DNA from: an uncultured Phycisphaerales bacterium
Lineage (GTDB): Bacteria > Planctomycetota > Phycisphaerae > Sedimentisphaerales > Anaerobacaceae
Assembly (NCBI GenBank): GCA_963718665.1
Contig: OY970359.1
Location: forward strand, 1,696,001-1,760,000
DNA: 64,000 nucleotides
Direction of reading: 5' to 3'
The notes beneath the pieces were generated by a model. It was not told where the DNA came from. It saw only the letters and a list, made by a program, of their open reading frames with translations, and did no database searches. Position 1 is the first letter of the stretch; the number at the start of each line of letters is the position of its first letter. Below, one piece after another: positions 9,369 through 18,090 of this stretch. Made by a program: the position numbers and the translations under genes.

Positions 9369-11015
9369 ATGGGCGAAAGAAAATCCCAGTTAGATAGCAT
9401 TTCAAAGGAAGAACGGCAAGAACTGATTAATAGGCTTTACGAATTTCAAAAGCACTTATGTTATGTGTGTAATGACGATATTAATCTTGCGGTTCATGGA
9501 CTTGATATAGACCACATAAAGGCCTTAGACAATGGTGGTTCTGATGAAGAATCAAATTGGGGACTTACACACGATTCTTGTAATAGGTCAAAAGGTGTTC
9601 GGGATTTACAGCTGCAACGGATATTATTCCAATTCAAAAAGCATGTTGAGAATTATACAGATAACAGCAAAGAGTTTACTTTTAATGAAGCGCTGCATGA
9701 ACTTATGCCTGAGCGACAAGAGGCAGGTTATAAAATCGAAGCCAATCAAATAAATATTTCTTGGACTAATCCTGGAGGCAGTCCGGAAACTGAAATTTAT
9801 AATCTTCTTGAAGAACCTGGAAATCCACCTGCTAAATCATTTCTATGTAGATTACCCTTCCAATGTTTGTACCATGACCGAGATATAAACCCTCGCTCCA
9901 TTGTCGATCTCGAACCCATGATCGAAGAGTTTTATAATGGTTATGTGCAGCTTCAGCCTAGCTTAGCAACCCTTACAACTAATGGTCTAGTAGGAAAAGG
10001 CCAAATACTTGTGTTTGATGGACAACACAAGGCTGCAGCTCAGCTTTATGCAAGGCGTGATCGACTCTTTGTAAGAGTGTTCCTAAATTGCGACAAGAGT
10101 AAATTGAAGGAAACTAACTATCGAGCTCATACAAAACTTGCCCAGATTCATTTTCCTCAACTTATAAATGACCGAGTAGGTGCGGATCTTTTCGCCGAAG
10201 AATTTGACCGTTTTATTGGGAAAATTGATATTGAGAAGGAATCTGAACATTCATTTTTCCGAAAGCGGTTAGACTCCTCACAGAAAAAAGAATACAAAGG
10301 TTATTTTGTTAATTATTTGAGATATAAAGTTTTGACAGGTAAAGCAGGGGCGGAAGACAATCAACTTCTTTCCTTTACAGAAACGATAACCGCAAGGGCC
10401 AAAAAACATCCGCTATCGTATGATACAGTTCAGAAAACATTTCTTCAGAATATGTTATATTTAAAGCCATCTGATGAGCCATTTAACAATTCCGAAAACT
10501 ACAGAAAATTAGAACGAGAGAATTTAATTCGACTAATGAATCTGTTCGTAGAGGAAGTCTTGGCAAATGGCCGTTTTGATTTAAAACGTGGTATATATAG
10601 AATCGAAGAGAGTTTAGCAAACGACCCAGAGTCTATTCAAGACAACCACCTGAGAGCTTATAGGATATGCCGACAGGCGGCTATGGCAATATGGACAGTT
10701 GAATTTAAGAGAGCCATAGCTCTTCTGTTGAATACAAAACAGAAATATGCCAATGGCGCTTGGTCGTCTACAAGGCCTTTATGGGTTAAGATCTCTTCAG
10801 AGGACTGGGACCAAATTCGAAAGATGGTTTGTGCAATCCGAGACCACAAGATTTGGGGCAAGCAGGCTAATTCAGATATTACAAATGCCCTTAAATCAAC
10901 AAGACAAAAGGACTGGAAAGAGATCTTGTTGCGGGGAAAACTTCCGGGTAGACAGGAGCAGTTGCTGACTCCATTAGATCAGAATTTTATTTTCCAAAGG
11001 GCGCAAGGAATTTGA
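9369..11015 (+). CDS. HNH endonuclease fused to a ParB/DndB-like (DGQH motif) domain and an unknown C-terminus
   Basis: CYVC..DIDHIKALDNGGSDEESNWGLTHDSCNRSKG; ILVFDGQHKAAA; AT-rich. Confidence 0.75.
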   Translation: MGERKSQLDSISKEERQELINRLYEFQKHLCYVCNDDINLAVHGLDIDHIKALDNGGSDEESNWGLTHDSCNRSKGVRDLQLQRILFQFKKHVENYTDNSKEFTFNEALHELMPERQEAGYKIEANQINISWTNPGGSPETEIYNLLEEPGNPPAKSFLCRLPFQCLYHDRDINPRSIVDLEPMIEEFYNGYVQLQPSLATLTTNGLVGKGQILVFDGQHKAAAQLYARRDRLFVRVFLNCDKSKLKETNYRAHTKLAQIHFPQLINDRVGADLFAEEFDRFIGKIDIEKESEHSFFRKRLDSSQKKEYKGYFVNYLRYKVLTGKAGAEDNQLLSFTETITARAKKHPLSYDTVQKTFLQNMLYLKPSDEPFNNSENYRKLERENLIRLMNLFVEEVLANGRFDLKRGIYRIEESLANDPESIQDNHLRAYRICRQAAMAIWTVEFKRAIALLLNTKQKYANGAWSSTRPLWVKISSEDWDQIRKMVCAIRDHKIWGKQANSDITNALKSTRQKDWKEILLRGKLPGRQEQLLTPLDQNFIFQRAQGI

Positions 11016-11021
11016 ATTTAA

Positions 11022-11777
11022 ATGGCAACGTTAAGCAGAAAAACGCTTGGGATAACAATACAATGTTTAGAACAATGGTCTAGGACATCTATAGAAACTT
11101 TCCTTTTCGAAATGGATGTGCCAAACAACCTCGTTGTAGGCTATTCCAAAACGGAGCTTCTGCTTAATGTTTTCAGGGGACTTGAGAGTCAAGGGAGACA
11201 AGATTTGTTGGTAAGTATTGTTTCGGTGGCAGTAGAGCGTCTACAAGGTGAAAGTTTTAAAACACTAAGAGATGCGCTGTTGAAGGATGGATTTGTAGTT
11301 GGCGACGGGACAATTGTTCCGGATGTTCCGGTTGCAAAGCAAAATCGAACTTCATTAGAATTGCTTCTGGAAAGAAATACGCAATATCTTACCATCGGTA
11401 CTCTCATACACCATTTGAAAGAAAACATTGATCTATTTAGACAAGAGAAATGGGATTCTTCTATAGGCCATGCAAGAAATTTTGTAGAACAACTTTTAGA
11501 CGATATTGCTAAGGTCATTGCCAAAGCAAAAAAGGAATCGCCTGATTTGAGCAAGCCCGTTAAGGTGCGGGAGTATCTTCAGACCTGTGGTTTTTTTGAC
11601 GAGCCGGAAAAAAAGAAATTAGTGGATGGCATATATGGATATTTCAGTGAAGAAGGAGCCCATCCGGGTATCTCCGAGCAAAGCATTGCAAGGGTCTGTA
11701 TGCACATACTCTGGGCGTTCGGGTACTATGTTTTAGAAAAGTTCGAAGATTGGAAAAGCAAAAATGGCTTAAGTTGA
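11022..11777 (+). CDS. Hypothetical protein with an Abi/HEPN-like C-terminal domain
   Basis: WDSSIGHARNFVEQLL and IYGYFSEEGAHPG resemble AbiJ/Abi_C-type helical domains; starts 6 bp after the HNH gene. Confidence 0.5.
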   Translation: MATLSRKTLGITIQCLEQWSRTSIETFLFEMDVPNNLVVGYSKTELLLNVFRGLESQGRQDLLVSIVSVAVERLQGESFKTLRDALLKDGFVVGDGTIVPDVPVAKQNRTSLELLLERNTQYLTIGTLIHHLKENIDLFRQEKWDSSIGHARNFVEQLLDDIAKVIAKAKKESPDLSKPVKVREYLQTCGFFDEPEKKKLVDGIYGYFSEEGAHPGISEQSIARVCMHILWAFGYYVLEKFEDWKSKNGLS

Positions 11778-11864
11778 TAAAGAGTTGATTGAGGATTATT
11801 TGTTATTACAGGCGATAGGAACAACTAGGGACAGCCACCTATTTTTTGCTTCAAGGAATGAGAT

Positions 11865-12308
11865 ATGCGCAATTGGGATTGGTGGGGAACATATGAATTT
11901 CTAAAATTATTTGTTAAACAAAAAAGCCATCTAAATCCCCCGGTGAACTATATAACTAAAGAAGGTTTTCAATTAGGCGCTTGGATTCGTTACCAAAGAT
12001 ATCTGAAAAAGATAGGAAAACTTGATTCAAAGAAGAAAAACTTACTGGAAAAGTTGCCATATTGGTATTGGAGTGGCCAGGAAGCAAGAAAAAATATTCA
12101 GTTTTCTAAGTCACTTAAATATCTCAATGAATATATAAGTCATTATGGCAATGTATGGGTTCCAAGAAAATATATCACAAAGAATGGTTTTAAACTGGGA
12201 ACGTGGGTTGGAACTCAAAGATATCTTTTTCGCAAAGGAATACTTGATGAATGGAAACGTGAAATCCTCGAACAAATTCCAAGATGGCGTTGGACTAAGA
12301 AACAATAA
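11865..12308 (+). CDS. Stand-alone helicase-associated (HA) repeat protein, two repeats
   Basis: Duplicated P..YITK.GF.LG.W...QRY....G.LD.....LE..P.W.W. Confidence 0.75.
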   Translation: MRNWDWWGTYEFLKLFVKQKSHLNPPVNYITKEGFQLGAWIRYQRYLKKIGKLDSKKKNLLEKLPYWYWSGQEARKNIQFSKSLKYLNEYISHYGNVWVPRKYITKNGFKLGTWVGTQRYLFRKGILDEWKREILEQIPRWRWTKKQ

Positions 12309-12342
12309 ATACTGGGGATAGCCATTTTTTCCCGCCCCTCTC

Positions 12343-12562
12343 GTAGCGCAGATCCCAAGGTGGATGCTCTTCCGGTCTTCTGTCAGGGACCCAGTTTTTC
12401 TTTTCTAATTTCTTACCTCTAACTTCTCACTTCTCCCGAACAGGGATGGCCGAGCCATAGCTTTTTACCTTTTGCCTTTTGCTTTTTGATTTGAGTTCCC
12501 GCCTCCGGCGGCATCCGAATTACGATATACTAAATACTAACGACTAACCACTATCGACTAAA
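12343..12562. repeat. Composite repeat cluster: GTAG-footed REP-like hairpin, TTCTAAC / TTTTGCC / ACTAACG heptamer arrays, CCGCC hairpin
   Basis: 12343-12393 resembles the reverse complement of 19706-19757; 12514-12533 equals the reverse complement of 20379-20398. Confidence 0.7.
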
Positions 12563-13471
12563 CTACGGCGGGCACTTGGCGCAGGCGGCGCGGAATAGCA
12601 TCGTGCTTAAATACCTGTCGCCGCGGTCGCAAATAATCGTAACCACCGTGCCGGATTTGATTTTTTTGGCAATCTTTACCGCTCCCGCAACTGCCGCACC
12701 GCTCGATATGCCCGCGAAGATTCCTTCCTCGGCTGCCAACCGCCGCGTCATTTCGTATGCCTCATCGTCCTCCATAATCATAACGTCGTCGAGCTTATCG
12801 CGATTATAAATCGCGGGCACAATCGACTCGGTCATATTCTTCAGCCCCTGTATTGTATGATGAGGCGTCGGCTCTATGCCGATGATTTTGACGTTCTTGA
12901 TTTTCTCTCGCAGGAATTTTCCTGTTCCCATAAGCGTTCCGGTCGTTCCCATACCGGCGACAAAATAATCAACTTTCCCATCGGCCTGTTTGAAAATCTC
13001 CGGCCCGGTTGTCTCGTAATGAGCCAGCGGGTTATTGGGGTTAGTGAACTGGTTAGGCATAAAATAAACATCAGGTTCTTTTTCGAGGATTCGTTGAGCC
13101 ATTCTGATAGCCCCGTCGGTTCCCTCATTTGCGGGCGTCATTATCACTTCCGCTCCAAACGCCTCCAGAATATGTCGTCGCTCGCTGCTCACGCAGGCGG
13201 GCAGGGTAAGTTTGACGCGATAACCCTTGGCCGCCCCAATCATCGCAAGCGCGATACCCGTATTGCCGGAGGTCGGCTCAAGAATGATTTTATCTTTGGT
13301 AAGCGAGCCATCTTCCTCGGCCTTTGTAATCATATAAAGTGCGGTGCGGTCTTTAATCGACCCGGCGGGGTTATTGCCCTCCATTTTTGCCAAAAGACGC
13401 ACCTTCGGGTTCGGGTTGACCCGTTTCAGCTCAACCATCGGCGTATTGCCAATTGACGAAAGGATACTCAT
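12563..13471 (-). CDS. cysM: Cysteine synthase (O-acetylserine sulfhydrylase, CysM-like)
   Basis: IGNTPMV, NPAGSIKDR (PLP lysine), EPTSGNTGIA, GMGTTGT, CDRGDRYLST. Confidence 0.9.
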   Translation of the reverse strand: MSILSSIGNTPMVELKRVNPNPKVRLLAKMEGNNPAGSIKDRTALYMITKAEEDGSLTKDKIILEPTSGNTGIALAMIGAAKGYRVKLTLPACVSSERRHILEAFGAEVIMTPANEGTDGAIRMAQRILEKEPDVYFMPNQFTNPNNPLAHYETTGPEIFKQADGKVDYFVAGMGTTGTLMGTGKFLREKIKNVKIIGIEPTPHHTIQGLKNMTESIVPAIYNRDKLDDVMIMEDDEAYEMTRRLAAEEGIFAGISSGAAVAGAVKIAKKIKSGTVVTIICDRGDRYLSTMLFRAACAKCPP

Positions 13472-13663
13472 TGGATTTCTCCTATATGTTAAGATGGGCT
13501 AATAATACCATAAGATTACCGCCCATTTCAACTAATCCCCGGCCGATTTCCGGCTATGAGATAATTCTTGAAATTTACAGCCGGATTGATATACTTACGC
13601 ACCTTATTTTCAGTGGTTGTTTAAAGGTTTGCAGGATTGATTTTTAAAGGAAAGGTAACAGCA

Positions 13664-14896
13664 ATGGCAAAGGTTACAAAAGCCAATGCAGTAGTGGGTC
13701 AATCTGGAGGTCCCACCGGGGTTATTAATGCTTCACTCGTTGGCGTAATCGAAGAAGTGAAAAAACATTCCCAAATCGGCGACCTGTATGGCGCGGTTCA
13801 CGCCGTATCAGGCATCGTCAAGGACCAGTTCGTGAATCTTAAGAAGGTATCAGCCAAGACCCTCGAAATGGTCGCCGCCTCGCCCTCATCCGCTTTAGGT
13901 TCAAGCAGAGATAAGCCTGATGAAGCATACTGCGCGAATATCCTCGATGTTTTGAAAAAACGAAACGTCCGCTATTTTTATTATATCGGCGGCAACGATT
14001 CAGCTAATACCTGCCACATCATCAATACCATCGCTCAAAAGTCGGGCTATGAACTGCACGCCTGGCACGTTCCCAAGACAGTCGATAACGACCTTCTCGT
14101 TACCGACCATTGCCCCGGCTATGGTACAGCGGCGAAATTCGTCGCCTGCGCACTTATGGGCGATGACCTCGATAACCGCGCTTTGCCGGGAGTGAAAATT
14201 GACGTAATTATGGGCAGAAACGCCGGCTTCCTTACCGCCGCGGCAGCACTCGGGAAGAGAAAAGATGACGACGGCCCACACCTCGTCTATTTGCCCGAAC
14301 GGCCAGTTTCGATGGATAAGTTCCTTGCCGATGTTAACGCCGTATATACAAAGCTTGGCAGGTGCGTAATCGCCGTCAGCGAAGGTATGTGCGATACCGA
14401 CGGCGTCATCTGGACGAAGAAAGTTGTCAGCAGCGAAGAAAAAGACGCCCACGGCAATATCCAGCTTTCGGGAACCGGCGCATTGGCCGACTTCCTCGCG
14501 GGGCAGGTCAAAAACAGCTTGAAGATTAAACGCGTCCGCGCCGACACTTTCGGCTATCTCCAGAGAAGCTTCGCGGGCCTGCAATCGCCGGTTGACGCCA
14601 AAGAGGCGCGTCTCTGCGGCAGACAGGCGGTCAAGTATTCCGTAACACTGCCCGTTCGACAAGCTCAGGGCGGGCAAAGCGGCTCGGTCGCGATGAAACG
14701 CCTCAAGGGCGCAAAATATGCGATTGAATTGTTCGCCACAGAATTAAGCAGCGTTGCCGAAAAGACAAAGTCGCTGCCTGATGAATATATCAATTCCGAT
14801 GGCAACGGCGTTACAGATGCCTTTGTCAAATATGCGTTGCCGCTAACAGGCGGTTTGCCGAAAACCGAATACCTTGGCAATTACCCAAGAGTATAG
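13664..14896 (+). CDS. 6-phosphofructokinase, probably PPi-dependent
   Basis: QSGGPTGVIN, IGGNDS, PKTVDND, MGRNAG; Asp in GGND and Lys in PKT point to PPi use. Confidence 0.9.
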   Translation: MAKVTKANAVVGQSGGPTGVINASLVGVIEEVKKHSQIGDLYGAVHAVSGIVKDQFVNLKKVSAKTLEMVAASPSSALGSSRDKPDEAYCANILDVLKKRNVRYFYYIGGNDSANTCHIINTIAQKSGYELHAWHVPKTVDNDLLVTDHCPGYGTAAKFVACALMGDDLDNRALPGVKIDVIMGRNAGFLTAAAALGKRKDDDGPHLVYLPERPVSMDKFLADVNAVYTKLGRCVIAVSEGMCDTDGVIWTKKVVSSEEKDAHGNIQLSGTGALADFLAGQVKNSLKIKRVRADTFGYLQRSFAGLQSPVDAKEARLCGRQAVKYSVTLPVRQAQGGQSGSVAMKRLKGAKYAIELFATELSSVAEKTKSLPDEYINSDGNGVTDAFVKYALPLTGGLPKTEYLGNYPRV

Positions 14897-14966
14897 ATTA
14901 AAGTTTCTTGTCCTCCGCCAGTCCCCCCAGAGATGGCGGGACGACGGAAGGACAGGAGGGGATAAG

Positions 14967-15002
14967 GGCCTGTTCTGCTTTCAGGACAGGCCTGTTTTTT
15001 TT
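14967..15002 (+). terminator. Intrinsic terminator after pfk
   Basis: GGCCTGTTCTG-cttt-CAGGACAGGCC followed by a T-tract. Confidence 0.7.
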
Positions 15003-15003
15003 A

Positions 15004-15098
15004 TTAGCCACCGAGAATAATTTTTTTTAGCCACAGAGAACACAGAGGTCACAGAGAATTTTAGTGTTAGCCACGAAGAAGCACAAAAGGCACGAAGG
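15004..15098. repeat. Three TTAGCCAC(A/C/G)GAG-type short repeats
   Basis: ttagccaccgaga, ttagccacagagaacacagaggtcacagaga, ttagccacgaagaagcacaaaaggcacgaa. Confidence 0.6.
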
Positions 15099-15185
15099 GC
15101 TGCAAAAAGATATGGAGTTCTTTAATTTATCAGGGGGGTTCAATATGACAGGCAAGATATGTATAATATCACGGCATAAATATGC

Positions 15186-15214
15186 TTGACAGATGTATAT
15201 GACTATCATATACT
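15186..15214 (+). promoter_or_regulatory. Sigma70 promoter with overlapping palindromic operator (TA autoregulation)
   Basis: TTGACA-17 bp-TATACT; GTATATGA-cta-TCATATAC palindrome at 15195-15213. Confidence 0.75.
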
Positions 15215-15231
15215 ATTAAGAGAGTTGAACG

Positions 15232-15522
15232 ATGAGTATATTTGACTGCACGGGGTTTGACTGGGACAAAGCCAACGTCGAGAAAAACTGGCAAAAGCAC
15301 CGGGTCAGCCCTTTTGAATGTGAAGAGGCATTTTTCAATGAGCCGTTCTATGTAAATGAGGACGAGAGGCATTCTGAAAAAGAAACGAGGTATTATGCCC
15401 TCGGACGGACATCGGCCGGCAGATTGCTTTTCATCGTATTTACAATCAGAGGCCGATTGATAAGAGTGGTATCGGCGAGAAATATGAGCCGAAAGGAAAG
15501 AGAGGTTTATAAGTCGCTATGA
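15232..15522 (+). CDS. brnT: BrnT-family toxin
   Basis: FDWDKANVEKNWQKHRVS..HS..ETRY..LG..VFTIRG..IRVVSAR. Confidence 0.9.
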   Translation: MSIFDCTGFDWDKANVEKNWQKHRVSPFECEEAFFNEPFYVNEDERHSEKETRYYALGRTSAGRLLFIVFTIRGRLIRVVSARNMSRKEREVYKSL

Positions 15523-15797
15523 AAAGCGTTATTCCGAAATTCAAGAGCGAGAACAAAGAGCGTTCTTTCTGGGCCAGGCACGATTCGACTGAATTTATCG
15601 ACTGGAAGAAGGCGAAAAAGGTTGTTTTGCCGAATCTCAAGCCGTCCGTTAAAACCATCTCAATACGTCTGCCTGAAATGATGCTCGAAGAGCTTAAACT
15701 GCTGGCAAACAAGAGAGACATTCCTTATCAGTCGCTGCTGAAGATATTTCTTGCCGACCGGCTGAAAGACGAAATTGAGCATTCGTCATCAAGGTAA
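15519..15797 (+). CDS. brnA: BrnA/CopG-family antitoxin
   Basis: IPKFKSE..ERSFWARHDST..ISIRLP..LANKRDIPYQSLLK; overlaps the toxin stop. Confidence 0.85.
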   Translation: MKSVIPKFKSENKERSFWARHDSTEFIDWKKAKKVVLPNLKPSVKTISIRLPEMMLEELKLLANKRDIPYQSLLKIFLADRLKDEIEHSSSR

Positions 15798-15821
15798 GCG
15801 TGCTTTCCCCCGCGGTTAAAG

Positions 15822-16493
15822 ATGAGTATCTTTAGCGTTAACAAGATATTTTTCACGGTTCTTGGCTATCCGATGAGCTATATCGAGCTGTCGGCTACGC
15901 TGCTAATCGCCGTCTATGTCCTGCTTATTACCCGCAAAATCGTCTGGGCGTGGCCTTTGGGGATAGTAACATTCTCGCTTTTCGCTGTTTTGTTCTACCA
16001 GGTGCGTCTGTATTCCGATTTCTTCGAGCAGTTCTACTACGTCGGCAACTGCTTCTACGGCTGGTATGTCTGGCTCGTTGCGAAAAAGAAAGCCCAAGAA
16101 GGGGAAAAAGAACTGGAAGTTTCGTACACCTCCGGCAAAGGCCGGCTGATTGCTGGCGCAATAATAGCAATCGGGGGAACTGCTGCCGGCTTTGCTATGA
16201 GCAGGATTCATACCTGGCTGCCCGCGTTGTTTCCGCAGCAGGCCGCGTATCCGTATATCGATGCGACGGCGACGGTGATGGGTTTTGTTGCTGCTGCCCT
16301 TATGACGCACAGGAAAATCGAGGCGTGGCTCCTCTGGCTTTGCGTCAACAGTATCTGCATCGGCCTGTATTACGCCAGAGACGTGAAGTTTGTCGCGATT
16401 CTGTATATCTTCTTCCTCGGCCTCGCGGTTAATGGATTGATTACCTGGGGAAAAGAACTGAGGGGAAGGCAGAAGTTAGAAGTAAGAAGTTAG
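15822..16493 (+). CDS. pnuC: PnuC-family nicotinamide riboside transporter
   Basis: WAWPLGI, LYSD, YGWYVW, PYIDA, KIEAWLLW; multiple TM segments. Confidence 0.9.
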   Translation: MSIFSVNKIFFTVLGYPMSYIELSATLLIAVYVLLITRKIVWAWPLGIVTFSLFAVLFYQVRLYSDFFEQFYYVGNCFYGWYVWLVAKKKAQEGEKELEVSYTSGKGRLIAGAIIAIGGTAAGFAMSRIHTWLPALFPQQAAYPYIDATATVMGFVAAALMTHRKIEAWLLWLCVNSICIGLYYARDVKFVAILYIFFLGLAVNGLITWGKELRGRQKLEVRS

Positions 16494-16693
16494 AAATCAA
16501 TTTCGGATGTCGAGCAAAACATACTGTCCGCTCCACGCTGAACGCTGTTTCTTTATTGACACCTCGTTTGTGAAAATCTATAGTAGGTTTGACAGAAGAA
16601 TTTTGCTGTTGGGAAAAAGGTAGGTTTAGATAGAGTTGAGGGGAGGTAAAAATATTAAAAGAAAATAATAGGTATCTGTCCCCAGTTATTACA

Positions 16694-16939
16694 TCACGCT
16701 TGTTTGGTAAAATTTTTAGACAGATTGTTTTTGAACCACCCTTCGGCTTGTTTAATGACTTCATCCGTTGATTCACCGCGAAACTGCTGAAGGTCAAAAT
16801 TCATAATTATCCCTCCCTGTTCAGCCCAAGAACCTGATTTTTTATAATAAAACAAGCTACCAATAAAGTAACCATTGTCTTGGGCACTGACAAACAAACT
16901 TGCCTCTCCGCTCGGATAAGAGTAATTGTAACGTATCAT
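16694..16939 (-). CDS. Small hypothetical protein (81 aa)
   Basis: Strong AAGGAG RBS before the ATG; AT-rich. Confidence 0.6.
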   Translation of the reverse strand: MIRYNYSYPSGEASLFVSAQDNGYFIGSLFYYKKSGSWAEQGGIIMNFDLQQFRGESTDEVIKQAEGWFKNNLSKNFTKQA

Positions 16940-16963
16940 AATTTCTCCTTTCGTTCAAAAAGA

Positions 16964-17290
16964 TGGCTGGCTGGGATAACCTTTGCTATATTATTTATGA
17001 AACAACGTCCTTTAATAAGCGATTGCTGCTTCCTAAATATTTCTGACAAATTATCCCAAAATCAATCTCACTTTATGAGCAATACAAAGTGGGACAAGGG
17101 AAACCTTTTATTTCGTTTGAGTCATCTATGACTCATAAACACATAGGTTTGTCCCCTATTTGACTTATGCCAGCCAGAGATTACCGTCGTGTCAGATTAC
17201 CTCCGGTTGCTCCCGGGGGGAGCAAAGAACGGGCCAACAAAAATTTGGCCATTTCGGCATCTCCTTTCAGGGCCATTAAGCCCTACAAAA
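16964..17290 (-). ncRNA. Candidate structured RNA or long leader
   Basis: Nested stems TGGCTGGC/GCCAGCCA, TGGGATAA/TTATCCCA, GGGAC/GTCCC, AAACCT/AGGTTT, TGAGTCAT/ATGACTCA plus three 5' hairpins; G-U pairs favour the minus strand. Confidence 0.45.
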
Positions 17291-17374
17291 TAGCTACCAA
17301 CTATATCTCCGATTGTCAAGGTTGAAATATGCTAATGGAACGTTGGGGGAGGATATTTTGAAGTTTGTTTTACA

Positions 17375-17403
17375 TTGACAACGGAAGTGGTCGAATATAC
17401 GAT
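17375..17403 (+). promoter_or_regulatory. Sigma70 promoter
   Basis: TTGACA-17 bp-TACGAT. Confidence 0.55.
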
Positions 17404-17443
17404 GGAAAATGTTAAGTTTGATTTTTTGGAAGGGAAATGAATT

Positions 17444-18019
17444 ATGACAACAAGTGATTGGTTGGTCTTAACAAACAGCGTATGTGTTATAGTTGCTATT
17501 ATTGTTGCCCCAATCTTGGCTATCAGGGTCGAAAACATCATTGAAAGCAAAAAAGAAGAAAAAGAAAGAAAACTGCGCATATTCAAAGCACTTATGGCCA
17601 CAAGAGCAACACGTGTATCTCCTCAACACGTTGAGGCACTTAATATGATAGATATAGAGTTCTTTGGGTGCAAAAAAATTACTGATGCTTGGAAATTATT
17701 GTTGGACCACTTTTCAAATTATCCTCAAGATACTAAAGACCCAAATTATCAGACGAGACTTGATGCCTGCACAGAGAAAGCTGATGAATTGTTTGCTGAT
17801 TTACTTTCTGAAATGGCACAAGCTCTAAATTATACCTTTGACAAGGTTCATATTAAACGTGGTGCCTATATCCCCAAAGGCCACACTGATTATATGCAAA
17901 ATCAAACGTTTATTCAAAGTCGTATTGTTGATGTTCTTAAAGGTGACATTCCAATTCCTATTAAGATTGTTACGAAAAAGGAAGATGATAGCAAACAAGA
18001 GGAAGCCAAAATCAATTAG
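17444..18019 (+). CDS. DUF6680-like membrane-anchored protein
   Basis: N-terminal TM then RKLRIFKALMATRA..SPQHVEALNMIDIEF. Confidence 0.7.
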   Translation: MTTSDWLVLTNSVCVIVAIIVAPILAIRVENIIESKKEEKERKLRIFKALMATRATRVSPQHVEALNMIDIEFFGCKKITDAWKLLLDHFSNYPQDTKDPNYQTRLDACTEKADELFADLLSEMAQALNYTFDKVHIKRGAYIPKGHTDYMQNQTFIQSRIVDVLKGDIPIPIKIVTKKEDDSKQEEAKIN

Positions 18020-18090
18020 GCCAATGAAGATAAATCTGCATAGCAATTCTTATTACTTTATGAAACCACGAAACATCTTATATATCAATC

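Noticed and set aside
16950..17320. Retron or diversity-generating retroelement
   Set aside because: No reverse transcriptase in the window; kept only as an orphan structured RNA
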